The notes under the pieces are model-generated. The model did no database searches. It was not told the origin of the DNA and saw only the letters and a list, made by a program, of their open reading frames with translations. 64,000 bases of DNA from an uncultured Planctomycetota bacterium (GTDB taxonomy: Bacteria > Planctomycetota > Planctomycetia > Pirellulales > Lacipirellulaceae): contig CAVRBU010000004.1 of NCBI GenBank assembly GCA_963719315.1, positions 640,001 through 704,000 on the forward strand, written 5' to 3'. The translations under genes and the position numbers were made by a program. Of the stretch, positions 52,478-62,400 are shown in pieces. Each line of letters begins with the position of its first letter. Position 1 is the stretch's first letter.

Positions 52478-53860
52478 ATGATATGCAATCGTCTTTTGTT
52501 GCTGGCGACCCTAGTCATTTCATCGTTCGGTGCAGTCTGCCTTGCCGCCGACAAGAAGCCGAATATCATCCTCATCATGGCCGATGATCTCGGCTACGAA
52601 ACGCTCTGCGCAGACGGCGGCGCCACCTACAAAACCCCCAACCTCGATCGCCTCGCCGCCACCGGCATGCGGTTCGACCGTTGCAATGTGCAGCCGCTTT
52701 GCACGCCGACGCGCGTGCAACTCATGACCGGCATGGTCAACGCCCGCAACTACATCGAATTCGGCACGATGGATCCGCAGGCCACTACGTTCGGCAACCT
52801 CTTGAAAAACGCCGGCTACGCCACCGCCATCGCCGGCAAGTGGCAGCTCGGCCACGACAAGGGCCTGCCGCGGCGGTTTGGTTTCGATGAAGCGTGCCTC
52901 TGGCAACACACGCGCCGCCCGCCGCGCTACGCCAACCCCGGCCTTGAATACAACGCCGAAGAGCGCGACTTCCACAACGGCGAATATGGCCCGACCCTCG
53001 TCAACGACTTTGCGCTCCAGTTCATCACCAAGAACGAGTCAAAACCATTTTTCCTGTACTACCCGATGATTCTCACGCACGCGCCCTACCAGCCGACGCC
53101 CGATAGCCCCGACTGGGATCCAAAGGCGAGCGACGAAAAAGCTGGCAAGGACGTCAAGCACTTCGCCGACATGGTCGCATACATGGATAAAATGGTCGGC
53201 CGCGTCGTCAATAAGGTCGATGAGCTTGGAATCCGCGACAACACGCTCATCATCTTCCTCGGCGACAACGGCACCGGCCAAGGCGTGACTTCGCAGCTCA
53301 AAGGCGCTGCCTACTCGGGCGGAAAAGGTCTCACCAATGCGCGCGGTATGCACGTGCCCCTCATCGCCAATTGGCCAGGAAAGACGCCCGCGGGCAGTGT
53401 GAATGACGACCTCATCGATAGCACCGACTTCTTCCCCACGGTTTGCGAAGCCGCCGGCGCGGAGGTTCCCACCTCCCTCACGATCGATGGCCACAGCTTC
53501 CTGCCACAGCTTGAGGGTAAGAAGGGCGAACCCCGCGAGTGGATTTTCACGTGGTATTCCAAGAACGGCACGCCACCCATCCGCGAGTTCGTCGCCACGA
53601 AGGAGTATAAGCTCTATCGCAACGGCCGCTTCTTTGATCTGAAGAAAGACCCCTTTGAAGCTCAGCCACCGCAACAACTCGCCGACCTTACGGGCGATGA
53701 AGCCGCCACCGCCAAAAAGTTGAAAGCCGTCCTCGCCCAATACGCCGACGCCCGCCCGTCCGCGCTCCGCAAAACCGCGGAAAGCGCGCCCGCGAAGCGG
53801 CCCAGAAAAAACGCCGCCCGCCGAATACGCCGCAACAATAACAACGAAAACGACGAATAG
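52478..53860 (+). CDS. Secreted Cys-type sulfatase (arylsulfatase-like)
   Basis: PNIILIMADDLG, CTPTRVQLMTG, GKWQL, THAP, GDNG. Confidence 0.93.
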   Translation: MICNRLLLLATLVISSFGAVCLAADKKPNIILIMADDLGYETLCADGGATYKTPNLDRLAATGMRFDRCNVQPLCTPTRVQLMTGMVNARNYIEFGTMDPQATTFGNLLKNAGYATAIAGKWQLGHDKGLPRRFGFDEACLWQHTRRPPRYANPGLEYNAEERDFHNGEYGPTLVNDFALQFITKNESKPFFLYYPMILTHAPYQPTPDSPDWDPKASDEKAGKDVKHFADMVAYMDKMVGRVVNKVDELGIRDNTLIIFLGDNGTGQGVTSQLKGAAYSGGKGLTNARGMHVPLIANWPGKTPAGSVNDDLIDSTDFFPTVCEAAGAEVPTSLTIDGHSFLPQLEGKKGEPREWIFTWYSKNGTPPIREFVATKEYKLYRNGRFFDLKKDPFEAQPPQQLADLTGDEAATAKKLKAVLAQYADARPSALRKTAESAPAKRPRKNAARRIRRNNNNENDE

Positions 53861-53864
53861 CAGC

Positions 53865-53920
53865 GGGTGCCACTGGCCATGCCAGTGTTCCGGGTGCCAC
53901 TGCTGGGTTGCTCAGCAGTG
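53865..53920. repeat. Tandem pair of GGGTGCCACTG-type palindromic repeats
   Basis: gggtgccactggccatgccagtg (53865-53887) and gggtgccactgctgggttgctcagcagtg (53892-53920), each a CACTG...CAGTG hairpin. Confidence 0.7.
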
Positions 53921-53968
53921 CTTTGGAATGCGACCAGTTTGCACAATTCGGTTTACTAGGGTGTCCAA

Positions 53969-55108
53969 ATGAGCATTCCTCGCAAGACGCACGAAAGATG
54001 TAGCGAGCTTGTCCTGCTTGTTTTGCTGTTGATGCATTCACCCGCTTCTGGCGAAACGCCCCGCTACCCCAACCACGACGACCTCACCTACTATCTGAAA
54101 TCCGACGGCAGTCGCGTCCCCATCCGCACGCCCGCCGACTGGCGACACCGCCGCGCCGATATTATTGCCGGTATGGAAGAAGTGATGGGCCCTTTGCCCC
54201 ATCCGGAGAATCCCGTCCCTCTCGACATTCAAACTATCGAAGAGCATCACGGCGACGGCGTCATCCGCCGTAAACTCGCGTACCATACCGACGACCCAAA
54301 GATGCGCGTCACGGCGTGGCTCCTACTCCCTCTCCCTCCGGGAGAGGGTCGGGATGAGGGTGCCTCCTCTCCCGCTTCCAAACGCCGTCCCGCTGTGTTG
54401 TGTCTGCACCAGACAACCCCGAACGGCAAGTACTCGCCCGCCGGCTTGTCGGACCGTCCCACGATGCACTACGCGCTGGAACTCACCCAGCGCGGTTACG
54501 TCACGCTCTCGCCCGATTATCCGTCGTTCGGCGAATATCCCTACGACTTCGACGCCGACGACTACCAAAGCGGCACGATGAAAGCCATCTACGACAACAT
54601 GCGCGCGATCGAGCTCTTGCAATCACTCCCCGAAGTCGACCCCGACCGCATCGGTTGCATCGGCCACTCGCTCGGCGGCCACAACAGTCTGTTCACCGCC
54701 GCCTTCGACCCACGCATCAAAGCCGTCGTCACTTCCTGCGGCTTCACGAGCTTCCACAAATACATGGCCGGTGATCTGCACGGCTGGAGCAGCCCTCGCT
54801 ACATGCCCCTCATCGGTACGAAGTACAATTACTCGCCCGATCGCATGCCGTTCGACTTCCCCGAAGTCCTCGCCGCCATCGCCCCTCGCGCGATCTTCGT
54901 CGTCGCCCCGCTCCACGACAATAACTTCGACATCGCGGGCGTCCGCGATTGCCTGACCGCCGCCCGGCCGATCTTCAAACTCCTCGGCCATCCCGACCAC
55001 CTCCAAGCCGTCCACCCCGACAGCAATCACGACTTCCCGGACGCCGAACGAGACCAATCCTACGTATTCCTCGACCGCGTGTTAAACCGCGCCGTCTCTG
55101 CTCCATAA
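53969..55108 (+). CDS. Secreted alpha/beta hydrolase (dienelactone hydrolase / acetylxylan esterase-like)
   Basis: AVLCLH, IGHSLGG nucleophile elbow, AAIAPR, DNNF, HDFP. Confidence 0.85.
   Translation: MSIPRKTHERCSELVLLVLLLMHSPASGETPRYPNHDDLTYYLKSDGSRVPIRTPADWRHRRADIIAGMEEVMGPLPHPENPVPLDIQTIEEHHGDGVIRRKLAYHTDDPKMRVTAWLLLPLPPGEGRDEGASSPASKRRPAVLCLHQTTPNGKYSPAGLSDRPTMHYALELTQRGYVTLSPDYPSFGEYPYDFDADDYQSGTMKAIYDNMRAIELLQSLPEVDPDRIGCIGHSLGGHNSLFTAAFDPRIKAVVTSCGFTSFHKYMAGDLHGWSSPRYMPLIGTKYNYSPDRMPFDFPEVLAAIAPRAIFVVAPLHDNNFDIAGVRDCLTAARPIFKLLGHPDHLQAVHPDSNHDFPDAERDQSYVFLDRVLNRAVSAP
54326..54360. repeat. Palindromic element located in frame inside the hydrolase gene
   Basis: ccctctccc-tcc-gggagaggg (54328-54348) + tcgggatgaggg; translates as LPLPPGEGRDEG. 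Confidence 0.72.
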
Positions 55109-55297
55109 AGCCGCATAATGCAGCGCGGCATGAATATCTTCCGCCGAAAGCTGCGGATAATTCCTCAGTACCTCTTCGTGCGTCCAGCCTTCCGCCAATA
55201 GCTCGACGAGGAATTCCACCGCGATCCGCGTCCCCTTGTTCGACGGCTTTCCAACAAGAACTTTTGGATCGACCGTAATGCGATCTTCCCATCCCAT
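55082..55297 (-). CDS. DUF433 family protein (antitoxin-like), possibly truncated
   Basis: RITVDP-VL-GKP---GTRI-V, YPQL--EDI-AAL-YA; AGGAG upstream; 3' end overlaps the convergent hydrolase gene. Confidence 0.82.
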   Translation of the reverse strand: MGWEDRITVDPKVLVGKPSNKGTRIAVEFLVELLAEGWTHEEVLRNYPQLSAEDIHAALHYAALWSRDGAV

Positions 55298-55354
55298 GTC
55301 CGGTTTCTCCTACGCTGCTGACGACGGAAAGAACGCCAACTGTACTGCCACTTA

Positions 55355-56532
55355 TACCCTGCGTGGGGATAAATGATCTGTTCCCGAGTAGCTGATTTGT
55401 TGTACAAGGCCCTTATGTCGCCATCGAGGAGGATGGCGTGTTGCTGGCAAGGAGGGCTGTCATGGCTTGGTTTCGAGTCCGATTGACGGAAGAGGAACAG
55501 CGAATTGTCGCGGCCGAGCGGGAGTCTCATCCGGAGTCGCATGTCCGCCGCAAGATGCTGGTGTTGTGGTCGCTGCAGTGTGGTTTGAAGCGATCCCAGG
55601 CGGCGAAATTGGCGGGGGTCGGAGTGGCGACCGTCGGGCGGTACGTTGCGGCCTATCGTGATGGCGGGTTGGAGGGTCTGCGGCGGTGGAATGTGCAAGG
55701 GCCCGTGAGCGACTTGGCCGCCTATCGCGACGTGATCCGCGCGTCGTTCGAGAACCAGCCGGTCCGCACGACCGCGGAAGCCTGCGAACGCATTTACCAA
55801 CTGACCGGCCTGCGGCGGGGACTGTCGCAAACTCGCAAGTTCCTGAAAGACATGGGACTCAAGTGGCAGCGGGTCCGGGCGCTCCCCGTGCCGCCCAAAA
55901 AAACTTGGCCCAGCATGTCGCCGCGCAGGCCCTGTTTCACGACGTCGAACTGAAGCCCCGCCTCGACGCCGCCGCCCGAGGGCGGGGACACGTCTTCTTC
56001 GTCGATGCGGCCCACTTTGTGTACGGGACGTTCCTGTGCTGCTTGTGGTCGTTCACGCGAATCTTCGTGCGGGCCGCCTCGGGCCGCCAGCGGTTCAATG
56101 TCCTGGGAGCCTGGAACGCCGTGACCCGCGAACTGGTAAGCGTGACCAACACCACGGTCGTCAACACGGAAACGATGTGCGAGCTGTTGCGGAAGATCGC
56201 TGCCCTCGGTCTGGCCGGACCGATCACGTTGGTGCTGGACAACCCTCGCTACCAACGTAACGCCGCGGTGCAAGCGTTGGCGACGCAACTGGAAATCACG
56301 CTGCTGTTCCTGCCCTCCTACTCGCCGAACCTGAACCTCATCGAACGGCTTTGGAAGTTCATCAAGCGGCGGGCCATCTATGGGCGTTACCATCCCGGAT
56401 TTCAAGAGTTTCAAGCCGCCATCCAAGAAACAATCGCCGACCTCGCAACCCGCCACGCCGAACCCCTCAAATCCCTCATGACGCTCAACTTTCAGCGATT
56501 CGAAGATGTCTCATTGCTGGCCGCGTAGGGTA
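55355..56532 (+). mobile_element. IS630-family insertion sequence
   Basis: Imperfect terminal inverted repeats TACCCTgCGtGG / CCgCGtAGGGTA with TA duplicated at 55353-55354 and 56533-56534. Confidence 0.9.
55462..56528 (+). CDS. IS630 transposase; HTH and DDE parts joined by a -1 shift at A7 (55897-55903)
   Basis: HTH (AAKLAGVGVATVGRY); FVDAAHF, LVLDNPRYQ, LPSYSPNLNLIERLW catalytic motifs. Confidence 0.9.
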
Positions 56533-56807
56533 TAAGCCCAACCAAGCGTATAGGCTACTCCCAGTACAAGCCATAGGACGCCAAGGCACCCTGCTGGAAT
56601 GAAAAATAAACTCCCACCCCGATTCGGCACAATCCAATGGCCGTCCTCAGTCATAAATCGGTATGCAAGATCAAATGCGATCACCAGCGGACCGGCAATT
56701 ACCATTAGTGGCCCCTCTCCGTCCACTCCGAGAATTCTGCCGACGCCGATTCCTATTCCGAAAGCTAAGGCACAAATAATGATTCCAACATAATTGAAGA
56801 TGATCAT
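56511..56807 (-). CDS. Small membrane protein; C-terminus extended into the IS
   Basis: Three hydrophobic segments; GGSLFFIP; the last 7 codons lie inside IS630. Confidence 0.65.
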   Translation of the reverse strand: MIIFNYVGIIICALAFGIGIGVGRILGVDGEGPLMVIAGPLVIAFDLAYRFMTEDGHWIVPNRGGSLFFIPAGCLGVLWLVLGVAYTLGWAYTLRGQQ

Positions 56808-56823
56808 ATCAATCCCCAGCTGC

Positions 56824-57072
56824 CTACCTCGCCCCCGACACCACACGAGCGCTAAGCAAGTCCTGCGTGGTCGGCTCCCGAAGATTGCTCGCCGGCACCG
56901 TAACTACTGCGATCGTACGGCCCGTCATATCGAAAAATTCGACGCTATACCCGACCTCGGGCACACCGAGAACATCGTGTTTTTCCACAAGAGTCCCCAC
57001 GTCCCCTGCCCGCAATTTATCTGCCGGAATATCTACCGTAAGTATCGCACGTTGGTACAGTTCTAAAGCCAT
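56824..57072 (-). CDS. DUF4926 family protein
   Basis: L-AGDVGTLVE, GYSVEFFD-TGRTIAVVTV; 82 aa. Confidence 0.82.
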   Translation of the reverse strand: MALELYQRAILTVDIPADKLRAGDVGTLVEKHDVLGVPEVGYSVEFFDMTGRTIAVVTVPASNLREPTTQDLLSARVVSGAR

Positions 57073-57074
57073 AG

Positions 57075-57137
57075 CTACTCCGGATACATTGTAATCAACC
57101 GAGGTGCGTCCGTTCCAAGGTCAATTTGCCAAACGCT
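57075..57137 (-). pseudogene. C-terminal remnant of a DUF6883-like protein
   Basis: Reads SVWQIDLGTDAPRLITMYPE*, ending 2 nt before the DUF4926 start; no N-terminal part present. Confidence 0.6.
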
Positions 57138-57182
57138 GCCCTCCGGAAAAACCTGTCTCACTCGCTACTCACTGAGGCACCT

Positions 57183-57590
57183 TCATTTTGGCAATAGCCG
57201 CCGAAACCCTGCCTGCTCGAAATGATAATCGGTTGTCAAAGCATCAAGAACGCCTCTCTGCCTCATCAACACCATGCTCACGGCATCGCAAAGCGAGTAT
57301 GTCTTATCGAGCTGAGATTGTAACAATTTCATCGCCTGATCGTGAAACAGCGGATCAACCCACACGACCTCAACGTCTGGGTCCACCAAGACATTCGCCG
57401 CGAATCCCAAAGAGTCTGGCCGAGGCATATTCCGCGCCTCGGCCAACGCGACAAATTCCGCGAGCACATAGTTGTGCGTTATTCGCACTGGCGCATCGTC
57501 GTACAGTTGCACCGCGCGCACGTGCCGCATTTCGTCGGCATGGAAACAACACAGAAGTCCAGACGTGTCCAGCAGCATCGTGCCGCTCAC
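57183..57590 (-). CDS. vapC: PIN-domain toxin (VapC-like)
   Basis: LLDTSG, YVLAE, YSLCDAVS, ALTTD-HFEQAGF acidic PIN residues. Confidence 0.9.
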   Translation of the reverse strand: MSGTMLLDTSGLLCCFHADEMRHVRAVQLYDDAPVRITHNYVLAEFVALAEARNMPRPDSLGFAANVLVDPDVEVVWVDPLFHDQAMKLLQSQLDKTYSLCDAVSMVLMRQRGVLDALTTDYHFEQAGFRRLLPK

Positions 57591-57832
57591 TCGTGAGAAT
57601 CGCCGTAAGCTCGCCCTAGATCGGAATCGATCCGCTGGTTATCCGCGAATCGTGGATCGCCGGTCTGAGCCGTTCCGAATCGTCGTCGCAAGCTTCCCCG
57701 CTCCGAATCGCCATTCGCCTGTGGAGCAACCGTCACTACCAGTTCCGCTTTGCCGATCGGCGTCTCTGGCGGCAGGGTCACAACCACTTGTCGGTCGGCC
57801 GTAACGTCGGTGAAAGTACGAAAGGTAATCAT
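57587..57832 (-). CDS. Putative antitoxin
   Basis: 81 aa; stop overlaps the PIN gene start (GTGA); beta-rich N-terminus. Confidence 0.65.
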   Translation of the reverse strand: MITFRTFTDVTADRQVVVTLPPETPIGKAELVVTVAPQANGDSERGSLRRRFGTAQTGDPRFADNQRIDSDLGRAYGDSHE

Positions 57833-57901
57833 GCGTCAACCCAAGCGTTGAGTCGGCCGGTGTTCAAGCAGTACTGTTCAATTATAGCAAACTGGACCGA
57901 C

Positions 57902-57962
57902 GTAGGGTGGCACCGCCCGCCAACATGGGCTGGCGCGGCTGGTGGGCAGTGCCCACCCCTAC
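57902..57962. repeat. GTAG-type REP doublet
   Basis: GTAGggtggcaccgcccgcca and inverted tggtgggcagtgcccacccCTAC. Confidence 0.72.
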
Positions 57963-57968
57963 GAGGAT

Positions 57969-59426
57969 TTACTCCAATAGCTTCTGTATCGCCTCCATCA
58001 ACACCGGCTCTACCCTGGTCGACACCCGCGAGACCCGCGAGTCGCCTGTTTCGTAGCCGCCTTGCGTGTACGCGATCGACGTGCCGATGTAGCCGGTGCC
58101 GTAATCGCCGTAGGCCGCCATGCAGACGAATGAATCGGGCCGCATCTTCTGCGCGGCGAGTTGGTACTCGACGAATAGCTCGCCCGGCATTTGCAGGATG
58201 TCGATTGGGCCCAGGCGTAATCGCGCGATTGTGATTGCAGGGCCGTCTGCAGCGCGCTGGGCCCAGGCAATGTTGCGGGCCGCTTTCAGCCGCGCAAGCG
58301 GCTGCGCTTGCTCATTGTGCAAAAGCGCGACTTGGACCTTTTCGTCATACCACTCGCTCAGAGGTAGCTTCACGTCGCGCGTCGCCCAGTTGAATGAAAG
58401 ATCGGCCACGGGCACCTTCGTTTGGTCGTCCCAAGCCCGCTTCATTCCCTCGGCCAGCCGGCCGGCAAGGATCGGCCGGTTCTCGTGAGAGCCGTCGTTG
58501 TACTTGCCGGCCGCAATGTTGCCGCCCGCGCCGTTGAAATGAATGTGAAGCCCAGGTTTCTCGGCCGCCTCGGCTTCGTCGCGGGCCATGCCCACGAAGT
58601 CGGCACTGCACATGCCGGTGTAGTAGTAACTTTGCGGATGCGTTGCGTAATACGTCAGCACCGCAATCGGCCGATCGTTGTTCCAGAATGTAAGCATCCG
58701 CACGAAAGGATCGATCAGCCCTTCCGGCAACGCCCGACCGGCCGGATCTTTGCAGGCACTCATGCGGGCATATTCCACTTTGCCGTCCGGCCCAAGAAGG
58801 CGGCGGTTGGAGGCGACTTTTTCGACCAGTCCTTTGCCGTAACCGACTTGCGTCACCGGTTCTGCACGCTCCTCAGCTTCCGCCGCCGCATGCGCCACGC
58901 GGCGAATCGCCTCGCGCACGTACTCCACGGGAAACAACTTACCTGGAAGTCCTGCTTCGGCCGCGATCTTCTCCGCGAGAAAGTCGCAGCCCGGCGCATC
59001 GTGCTGATGGAGTGTATGAACGCAGACGCGATCGACCGGCGTTTTGCAGGCGTCCGCGATCGCCCGACACCACGCATCATGACCTTCGTTGCCAATGCCG
59101 ACCCAATCGACCGCCACGAGCACGACTGGTCTCTGATCTTCGGCCTCAAAAATGATGCCGCGGGCCGACAGCGGATCGTTCACCCCAACGGCCGGCGGCA
59201 CCAGGGCGTCGCACAACGGCGAACCCGGCGGCGGCGTGACATCGACCTTAAACGTCCCCACTTTGAGATTAACCGCATGACTTATGCCAATCGGCAAGAG
59301 AAACCAAGCGATTAGGCAAGCGACAAGTTTGCAGAAGGGCGATTGCGGATTGCGGATTGCGGATTGCGGATTGGAGAACAGTCCGTATTCAGACCGGTGT
59401 GCTTCGCGTTGGTAAACGTCGTTCAT
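57969..59426 (-). CDS. Neutral/alkaline ceramidase-fold-like secreted hypothetical protein
   Basis: VDVTPP, DPLSAR, HTLHQHDAP, YATHP, SADFVG, GAGGN, PGELFVEY, GY, GGYE. Confidence 0.65.
   Translation of the reverse strand: MNDVYQREAHRSEYGLFSNPQSAIRNPQSPFCKLVACLIAWFLLPIGISHAVNLKVGTFKVDVTPPPGSPLCDALVPPAVGVNDPLSARGIIFEAEDQRPVVLVAVDWVGIGNEGHDAWCRAIADACKTPVDRVCVHTLHQHDAPGCDFLAEKIAAEAGLPGKLFPVEYVREAIRRVAHAAAEAEERAEPVTQVGYGKGLVEKVASNRRLLGPDGKVEYARMSACKDPAGRALPEGLIDPFVRMLTFWNNDRPIAVLTYYATHPQSYYYTGMCSADFVGMARDEAEAAEKPGLHIHFNGAGGNIAAGKYNDGSHENRPILAGRLAEGMKRAWDDQTKVPVADLSFNWATRDVKLPLSEWYDEKVQVALLHNEQAQPLARLKAARNIAWAQRAADGPAITIARLRLGPIDILQMPGELFVEYQLAAQKMRPDSFVCMAAYGDYGTGYIGTSIAYTQGGYETGDSRVSRVSTRVEPVLMEAIQKLLE
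59341..59373. repeat. Heptamer tandem repeat (GATTGCG) x4.7
   Basis: gattgcg gattgcg gattgcg gattgcg gattg, inside the 5' part of the minus-strand ORF (NPQSAIRNPQS). Confidence 0.9.
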
Positions 59427-62400
59427 TTCTTTGCACCTTGTGAACCCGCCGCTTGCTGCAAGAAAGCGAGCAGGTTGGCCATGGTTTTTTTGTCAATAAG
59501 TTTTTCAAAGCCCTCGGGCATCAGCGATTTACCGGTGTTGTGCATATCGTCGATATCGACGCGGAGCACGGTCGTCGTTTTGTTCTCGGGGCCGCGCAGC
59601 GTAACGGCGGTCGAAGTCTCGCCCGCGATGACGCCGGTGATGACCTGCCCGTCGTTCGTGAGTACCACGTATTCCAGGAATCGCGGGTCGACCTCCACAT
59701 TCGGCGCGAGCACGTTGAACAAGACCGACTCGGAGCCGCGATTCACCATCGCCGCCAGGTTCGGCCCGACGGCATTTCCAACGCCGCCCATTTCATGGCA
59801 CGTCGAACAGTTCTTCTCGAACACGAGCTTGCCCTGCGCGGCGTCGCCGTTCGCCAATGCCACTTCGCGATATTCCTTGAACACGAGTTGGCGATCCACG
59901 GGTGGCCCCTGCCCGCGGAGCTTGCGGGCGATGTCGCGGACCTTGGCCGACGGATAGTTTTCGAGCCTAGCGGCGTGGGCCGGTTCGAGTGTCGTGATCC
60001 GCACGTTATCTTGTTCGAGGTGCTTCGCCAACGCCAGCGCCCACACCCCGCGATGCAGGAGCAGCTCCGTCGCCTGCGAGCGCTCACTCGGCGCGAACTG
60101 GGCCCATTGCGAAAGCACCAGTTGAGCGACCGCGGGCGAATCGTACTGAGCACAAGTCGCAAGGACGGCCGTGTGAATGACCGCCGGCTCTTGAGGAGAT
60201 AGCAACTTCTCCAGCAGCGGCCGCGCGTGCTCGAAATTGTCGAGCGAAAGATCTTCGATCGCGGCCACGCGGTCGTCCAGCTTTGCATCGCTTTGATTCA
60301 ACACTTTCTCGGCCTCGGCCAGGATGATTTTGGCCGCGTTCCGCCGCAACTGCCTCAACGTCGCCAAGTTTGGCGGTTTGTTCCCGCTGAGCGCATCGGA
60401 CGGCAAACGGCTGAGCGCCTTGAGCAGCGCCGCTTGTCCGACCGGGTGATTCTTGCCATCGGCCTGGCGCAACAGCGACACGAGTACATCGAGATCTGCT
60501 CCGCGCCGCTGGCGAGCGATTTGCCCCACGATCGCGCCGAGGATCGACTCGCCGCTGGGGCTGACCGCCCACTTATCGTTTCCAAGAACCAATGCCAAAA
60601 CATCTCCGGCGCGATCGACGATCGATGTGAGTACGGCATCGGATGTGTCACGATTGTTCGAGGATCGCAACAGAATCGAGGCCAGTGCTTGGGTCGCCGC
60701 CAGATCGCGACATTCGCCCAGCGAAAGCGCCAGTTGGAATTGCACGGCTGGATCGGCGTCTCCCACAAGCGACAAAACCTTGTCGCGCAGCGGCGGCGAT
60801 TTATCGAGCCGCGATTCGCTGAGTCGTATTGCGTTTCGGCGGACTTGTGGATGCGCATCCGCCAAGGCGCGCAGCAAATCGCCATCGTCGAGCGCGTTTA
60901 CGCTATCGAGTGCATACAACACGGCGATCCGCCCCTCGGGCCGCTTTGTCTCAGCAAGCTGCTTGTGAAGCAGTTTACCGGCGGCCGGATCTTGTTGCTC
61001 ATAGATCAGCCTTAGCGCGGTCGTGCGACGCCATTGATTGGCATCATCCAGCGCCGCCGCCAATTCGGCGGTGCTGGCCTGATTCAGCAACTTTGGTGGC
61101 GTATAGTGATAGTCGGCCGGCACGATCCAATAAAGCCGCCCCTTGTCATCGCCGCTCGACAGATCGAGTTGCTTCTTGATTACGGCCGGCAGGCTATCCG
61201 GATGTTCAATGACTTCCCGATACATATCGGCAACGTATAGCCCGCCTTCCGGACCGATGGCGAATTGCACCGGCCGGAACCAAATATCTCTCGAGCGCAC
61301 GAACTCGGAGTCCTTATCGATGCGGTCGCCGCGGTACGTCACTCCGTCGCGCGTGAGACGCTTGCGATGGATCAAATTGCTGCCAACGTCGGCAACGATC
61401 GCTATCGCCTCATCGTTATTGGGCCACAGTCCCCCTTCGTACACGGTGACGCCGGTACTTCCCGTAAAGTAGCCGGCAGCCCGACCACCCCCTTCGACCG
61501 GACCCGATGCCAATCCCGCCACGCGCAGTTTCGTTCGCGCTTTGCGCCACGCCTCCACCGGGCTGATACGATAGACCTCGGCTTGCGGCCCGTCCGATGC
61601 AATCGAACGCCGGGCCGATACGACCGATTGATACGGATTTCGCGAAACGTACCGCTCCTCGAATACGATAGCCTGCAAGTGGTCGCTGTTCTGGCAAACG
61701 AACCGATCGCCCCAACGATTGAACGACATGCCGTGCTGGCCGCCACCGGTGGTGGCCGAGATTTCGAGCGTCTTGGGGTCGAAGCAAAAATCGCGATTGT
61801 GCAGCTCGAGCGGCGGCACCGTACTGCCCACGCGCGTCAACTTGGCCCCAGTGCTACTCGTTTGGCCATAAATCTTGTGGTCGAGTCCCCACAGAAACGT
61901 ATTGAGCAAACCTTGAACGTTCGAGCGGCCGAAGCCTGTGTAGATGACCTTGCGGACGTCGGCCTTGCCGTCGCCATCGGTGTCTTTGAGGTACAAGATG
62001 TCGGGCGCGTCGCCGATGAACACGCCGCCATCATAGCAGGCGACCGCCGTTGGCCAGGACAGATCGTCCGCGAATACACGGCTCGTTTCAAACCGCCCGT
62101 CGCCGTCCTCGTCGGTCAGCAAGCAAATACGGCCGAGGCGCTCCTTGTTCTTCTCGGAGTAGTCGCGCATCTCGACGACATATAAACGGCCGGCCTCGTC
62201 GAACGCCATCGCCACCGGATCGATGACTTGCGGCTCCGCTGAGACAAGGTCCATGCGAAAGCCCTTGGCAACCTCGGTGCTCGCCAGTGATTTCTCGGGC
62301 GACATCGGCGGAACCCGCTCGAGCTTGATCTCGGCGCCCGCCTCACCGGCGGCGGTTTTTTTCACCGGCCGAGTCGCCCCGACGGCGCCCATGCTGCACA

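Noticed and set aside
50552..53860. Long N-terminal extensions given by the ORF track (e.g. 52354, 52253; also 1565, 13861, 16259, 62542)
   Set aside because: The extensions cross intergenic repeats or upstream genes; signal peptides and family motifs start at downstream ATGs.
55082..57962. Integron cassette array
   Set aside because: No tyrosine integrase and no repeated attC-like sites between the small genes that I could identify.
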